Shown here piece after piece: positions 58,456 to 64,000 of a stretch of 64,000 nt of DNA. Position 1 is the stretch's first letter. Every line of letters begins with the position of its first letter. Position numbers and translations under genes: made by a program. The stretch comes from Octopus vulgaris (Eukaryota): positions 65,100,001 to 65,164,000 of the forward strand of contig OX597833.1 in NCBI GenBank assembly GCA_951406725.2, written 5' to 3'. Under the pieces are notes generated by a model, which was given only the letters and a program-made list of their open reading frames with translations, was not told the DNA's origin and did not search any database.

Positions 58456-59042
58456 CGTTTTTCATTATTGAGTGATAGAGCAGCGCATGCCATGATAGTG
58501 ACACTGGGGTACAAATTTCCGAACCCAATACTCACATCATGATTATCCGTCTGATAAGAACCACCACAAGAAGGCGAAAATCTGCAATGACAATAAATGC
58601 AGAAACAACCATTAAAGAAACAATTTCAAAAGCAGAATCCCACCACCACAATGGCACGAACAACAGTAGCGGCGGAAACAAGCAACGCCCGACCATCCCT
58701 ACCGACGGGCGGGCGACATAGATACACCACATACTCACGGCACGGGCCATTCAGAAGTCTTATCATGTGACGAAGAGGAACTGAATCACACAAGACGGAC
58801 CCGAGTTGGGGTAAAGCGAAGACATATTTTTTTTAAAAAAGGGCCGTCCTAAGCTGAAAGTGAAAAGAGAGGAAGAGGAAAATTCACCGAATCCATCAGC
58901 TACACCGACACACCCAGACCCCAACAACAAAAGCAATGCACACTCATTCCACCACAACAAAAACTACAAAAACACCAAAACAGAAACAAATACACGAAGA
59001 GAAACAACATTCACAAGAACAGCCCATACAACAGTAGAAAGG

Positions 59043-60121
<1,079 letters not shown>

Positions 60122-60477
60122 GGAAGATAAATATTAAAAGGAAGATAAGTATTTTTCCAGTTAGAAATATTGCCAGAAAAACTGTTAACATCCTCATCAA
60201 CCCGTAACCACAACCACATCCATTTCATTCATTCATTCTTCCATTCATTCATTCATTTAAATAGAGAAACAGTTACGATTCTACAAAAAAATCTTACACT
60301 CATTCATGCATATGTTGATAGGAGTGTACTGGTGTATATTTAAGCGTTAAATAGATAAACGTATTACCCAAAAGACAAGCGGATGAATTCGGTGCTTTTT
60401 GGTGTTTATCTGCCGGAATAGGGGAAGCGTGGGCTTGAAGGAGGTGGGGTGCAGATTTAAGCATAGGCACAAGTATG

Positions 60478-60610
60478 GCTGTCATCGTAATGATCATCAT
60501 CATTATCATCATCGTCACCGTCATCATATTTGACATTACTATCATCAGCATTATCATGACCGTCATAATAATCCTCATCATCATCATCATCACCATCGTC
60601 ATCGTCATCG

Positions 60611-60642
<32 letters not shown>

Positions 60643-60969
60643 AACATCATCATCATTTTAGTCCTCATCATCAGTATAATCATGGCTATCATCATCATCC
60701 CCCTCATCATCATCACGTTCATCATCATCATTGTCATCATTGTCACCATCATTATCATATTAATCATTATCATCTGCATCATCATGACCATCATCATCAT
60801 CCTTATCATCATATTCCTTAGCAGCAGCCTCATCAACATGTTCAACATCATCATAACCTCATCATGTTCATCATCATCGTCGTCATCATCATCATCATCA
60901 TCATCGTCGTCATCATCATCATCATCATCACCACCACCACCATCATCATCATCGTCATCATCGTCATAG

Positions 60970-61000
<31 letters not shown>

Positions 61001-61060
61001 AATCATCATCATCATCATCATCATCGTCACTACCATCATCATATTAGTCATTATTATCGT
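60478..61060 (-). repeat. Compound (GAT)n repeat containing the inverted homologue of 36316-36657
   Basis: The reverse complement of about 60806-60862 matches about 36316-36372 with 3 mismatches. Confidence 0.85.
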
Positions 61061-61061
61061 C

Positions 61062-61820
61062 AGACCGATAAGGCGAAATGGCGTTCTTCTACATCACGAC
61101 AACGTCCTCACGTGAACAATATGACCAAAGGCGCAATTCAAGAACTCCCATAATCTCTAGACTTAGTGCCGTCAGATTTTCATCAAACAACAAGAATCAA
61201 ACAATCCAGAATCGCCGCCCGTTTGCTCGCTCGACATCGCTCAACACATTGTCACAAACAGCGTTTTCTTTACTGCTTTGTTTACCGGCGATGAAAAATG
61301 GCGCGTTCACGTCAAGATGAAGCAGTGGAAAATGGCTGTCTCGACAAATAGTGACTGTGTGGGTGAATCAAGAACGTTATTCTAGAAAGACCATGTTATG
61401 TATGGTGGGACTGAGAAGGCAAAATTCATTACGAACTGCTTGAGAGCAATCAAACACTCAATGCGGAGCTCTACGTTCAACGAGTGTGCTGACTCAACGA
61501 AGCAATTCAGCAAAAAAGACCGATAAAGCGAAATGGCGTTCTTTTGCATCACGACAATGTCCTCACATGAACACTATGACCAAAGGCGCGATTCAAGAAC
61601 TCCCATACTCTTCAGATTTAGTGTCGTCAGAATATCATCAATTTCGACCGCATCCTACCGCTCTTCGCGTTGTATCGTTCAATAATGACGTAGAATGAAG
61701 GGCGCGGTTCGACGAATTATTTGAGTCAAGATCGGGAGGTTTCTATCGCAGAGGTATGGAAAAACTTATTGAAAGTGTAGACGAAATGCTACACGACATC
61801 GGAGAGTATACTATTAAATA
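61062..61820 (+). pseudogene. Mariner (DD34D) transposase relic, partly duplicated
   Basis: TGDEKW (61285-61302), KTMLC-WD-IHYELL, RNGVLLHHDN, PYSSDLVSSEYHQFR and FYRRGMEKL..GEY, with many stops and frameshifts. Confidence 0.9.
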
Positions 61821-62123
61821 ATTTGTTCTAGTATTTGTGTTTAAAATAAATTTTTAAAAAAAGCTCATGATTATTCCTCAAACCATGCGGATGGGGTCAT
61901 GCTGGAGCAAACCATATTCTGCTTCATTTCTGAAGTCTCGCGTGTTTCACATCGCCACTCTTGTATGTGCTTCGTCCCAGATGTTGCACCATTTGGTGTA
62001 TAAGGGAGTTTGATTCCGCTTCCCTCTTCTGCACCTCATGACTGGCTGTCGGTTCATCCGCTATTATGGAGAGCAGGACGTCTAACTCACAAACATACTG
62101 GAACTAACCTAAAGTTGAGTATA

Positions 62124-62198
<75 letters not shown>

Positions 62199-62385
62199 GA
62201 GTGTATTTTACCTTGTTAACAATTAACACGGATAAATGAATGAATAGTTACCAGGGCAGCAAAAATCTCACAAGTAAAGATGTTGTAACTCCTTGTTTAT
62301 AAAGGTTGACACTTCGTGTTTACGTTGAATATTTGAATAATAGGAATAAAAAGTGGAGTTAACGCAGGTTTAAACAAGTATTTTT

Positions 62386-62472
62386 ACTTTCTACATATGT
62401 TTCAAAAATTCCACTGATACTTATTCAAAAGAATAAAAGGTATAAACAATGCAATCTTCTCTTCGGGAAAGT
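62386..62472 (-). ncRNA. Type I hammerhead ribozyme motif with long stem II (family H4), inside a ~400-bp element in (TA)n (62195-62592)
   Basis: Reads ACTTTC-CCGAAGA-GAAGATTGCATTG..CAGTGGAATTTTT-GAA-ACATATGT-A-GAAAGT: 6-bp stem I, palindromic stem III, GUA site. Confidence 0.75.
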
Positions 62473-62589
62473 GAAAAAACGAAACTTGTCAATACGACAT
62501 TTTAGCTGCTTAAAATAAAGCATATTACTCTACCACTGGTATTTGAGTACTCTTTTTTCCACCTTGTTTCACATTTATGTGTTTACTCC

Positions 62590-62643
<54 letters not shown>

Positions 62644-62660
62644 TATATGTATATTCATGC

Positions 62661-62692
<32 letters not shown>

Positions 62693-62786
62693 CTATACAT
62701 ATGTATATATGCACATATCTTCAATAGGTATTTACCAGCTCATGCCCATGTAATTTGTATATTATCATGAATTATTCCTCAACTCA

Positions 62787-62824
<38 letters not shown>

Positions 62825-63265
62825 GCACACATATATATATATACATATATATGTATATATAAATATGTATATATATGTGTGCGTATGTATGTGTGTGTGC
62901 CCCCTTTCCATTCTATGTTGCTATCGATTTCGCCATGGATTTCTCTCTCAGTTCTCTAATAATGGCTGTATTTTGTCTCCCGCTTGCCTATTAATACAAT
63001 TCTCAAAAGACGTGTCTATACATTTAATTGTTAGAATCTATTATTTAGATGCGTCACTAGGACGAAATCTGTGTAAATGTATCCATTCGCAATTTATAAA
63101 ATAACGACTTAATGTTGTTTTGAATAGATGTTCCTATAAAATTGGGAAGAAACACACACGTATACATACATACATATATGTATGTATATATATACCTGTA
63201 GACCTGTGTTTAAATAAATAAATAAATAGAAATTAATAGAAATCAATTCAGAATGTGTAAGGATG

Positions 63266-63342
<77 letters not shown>

Positions 63343-63729
63343 TGTATATGTATGTATATCTTTTCATATGAATATGCGTACAAGTATACATATATTTACG
63401 AATACCCACTTTTGTTTATATAAGTATGCGTGTATGTCTACGTATATATGTATATGTGTGAGGGCGCAGGAGTGTATATTCACACGTATACATCTGAGCA
63501 TATGTAAACACATACATTGACGAAACCATTATTTCACACATGCCTCTTGAGTGATTCGATTCCATTGAGAATTCAAACATTCTTACAGCAACTTCGAATA
63601 ATGAGAAAATATCTTTGTAAATATCTTATATTATTCACAGACTTATCTCGAGTAGGAATGGTTATGAATATAAACGAGTGCGTGTCAGTTTTTGTTTCTT
63701 CGTTGTTTTATTCTTTCTTTTTTTCTTTT

Positions 63730-63768
<39 letters not shown>

Positions 63769-64000
63769 TATGTATTTTCCCCCGGTTTCTTTTCCTTTCT
63801 TCCAATTCTTCCCTACATGTGAAATTCACTTGATATGGAAGCATTTAGAGTCTTTAATAGAATTCAACTCAAAACAAAATCTTGACGCTGTTAACTCACT
63901 CATGGCCCCGCGTCAATATTATTTGGCATCAACAAGAAAACACGAAAATACCGAAACACAAAAATTAGAGCCGAAAAAAACAAAAAGAAAAACAAAAACG

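Overview
AT-rich, repeat-saturated metazoan non-coding DNA (intronic or intergenic). The SINE families and microsatellite load point to a coleoid cephalopod, most likely Octopus; this is an inference from recognition of the repeats. No host exon or intact gene is supported, and nearly all listed ORFs are microsatellite translations. The window holds three groups of tRNA-type SINEs, decayed R4/Dong and RTE non-LTR retrotransposon pieces, Tc1/mariner relics and MITEs, a 1.44-kb foldback element and SINE-derived tandem arrays. The most interesting signal is a set of about 10 type I hammerhead-ribozyme motifs from at least four unrelated short elements (Penelope pLTR- or retrozyme-like). Most sit in (TA)n tracts, several inside the microsatellite carried by one SINE family. 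Other notable items are a 700-bp internally deleted Dong element in (TAA)n, a dispersed compound (GAT)n unit present twice in inverted orientation, and a pre-miRNA-like hairpin. Coordinates were read by eye and may be off by a few bases.
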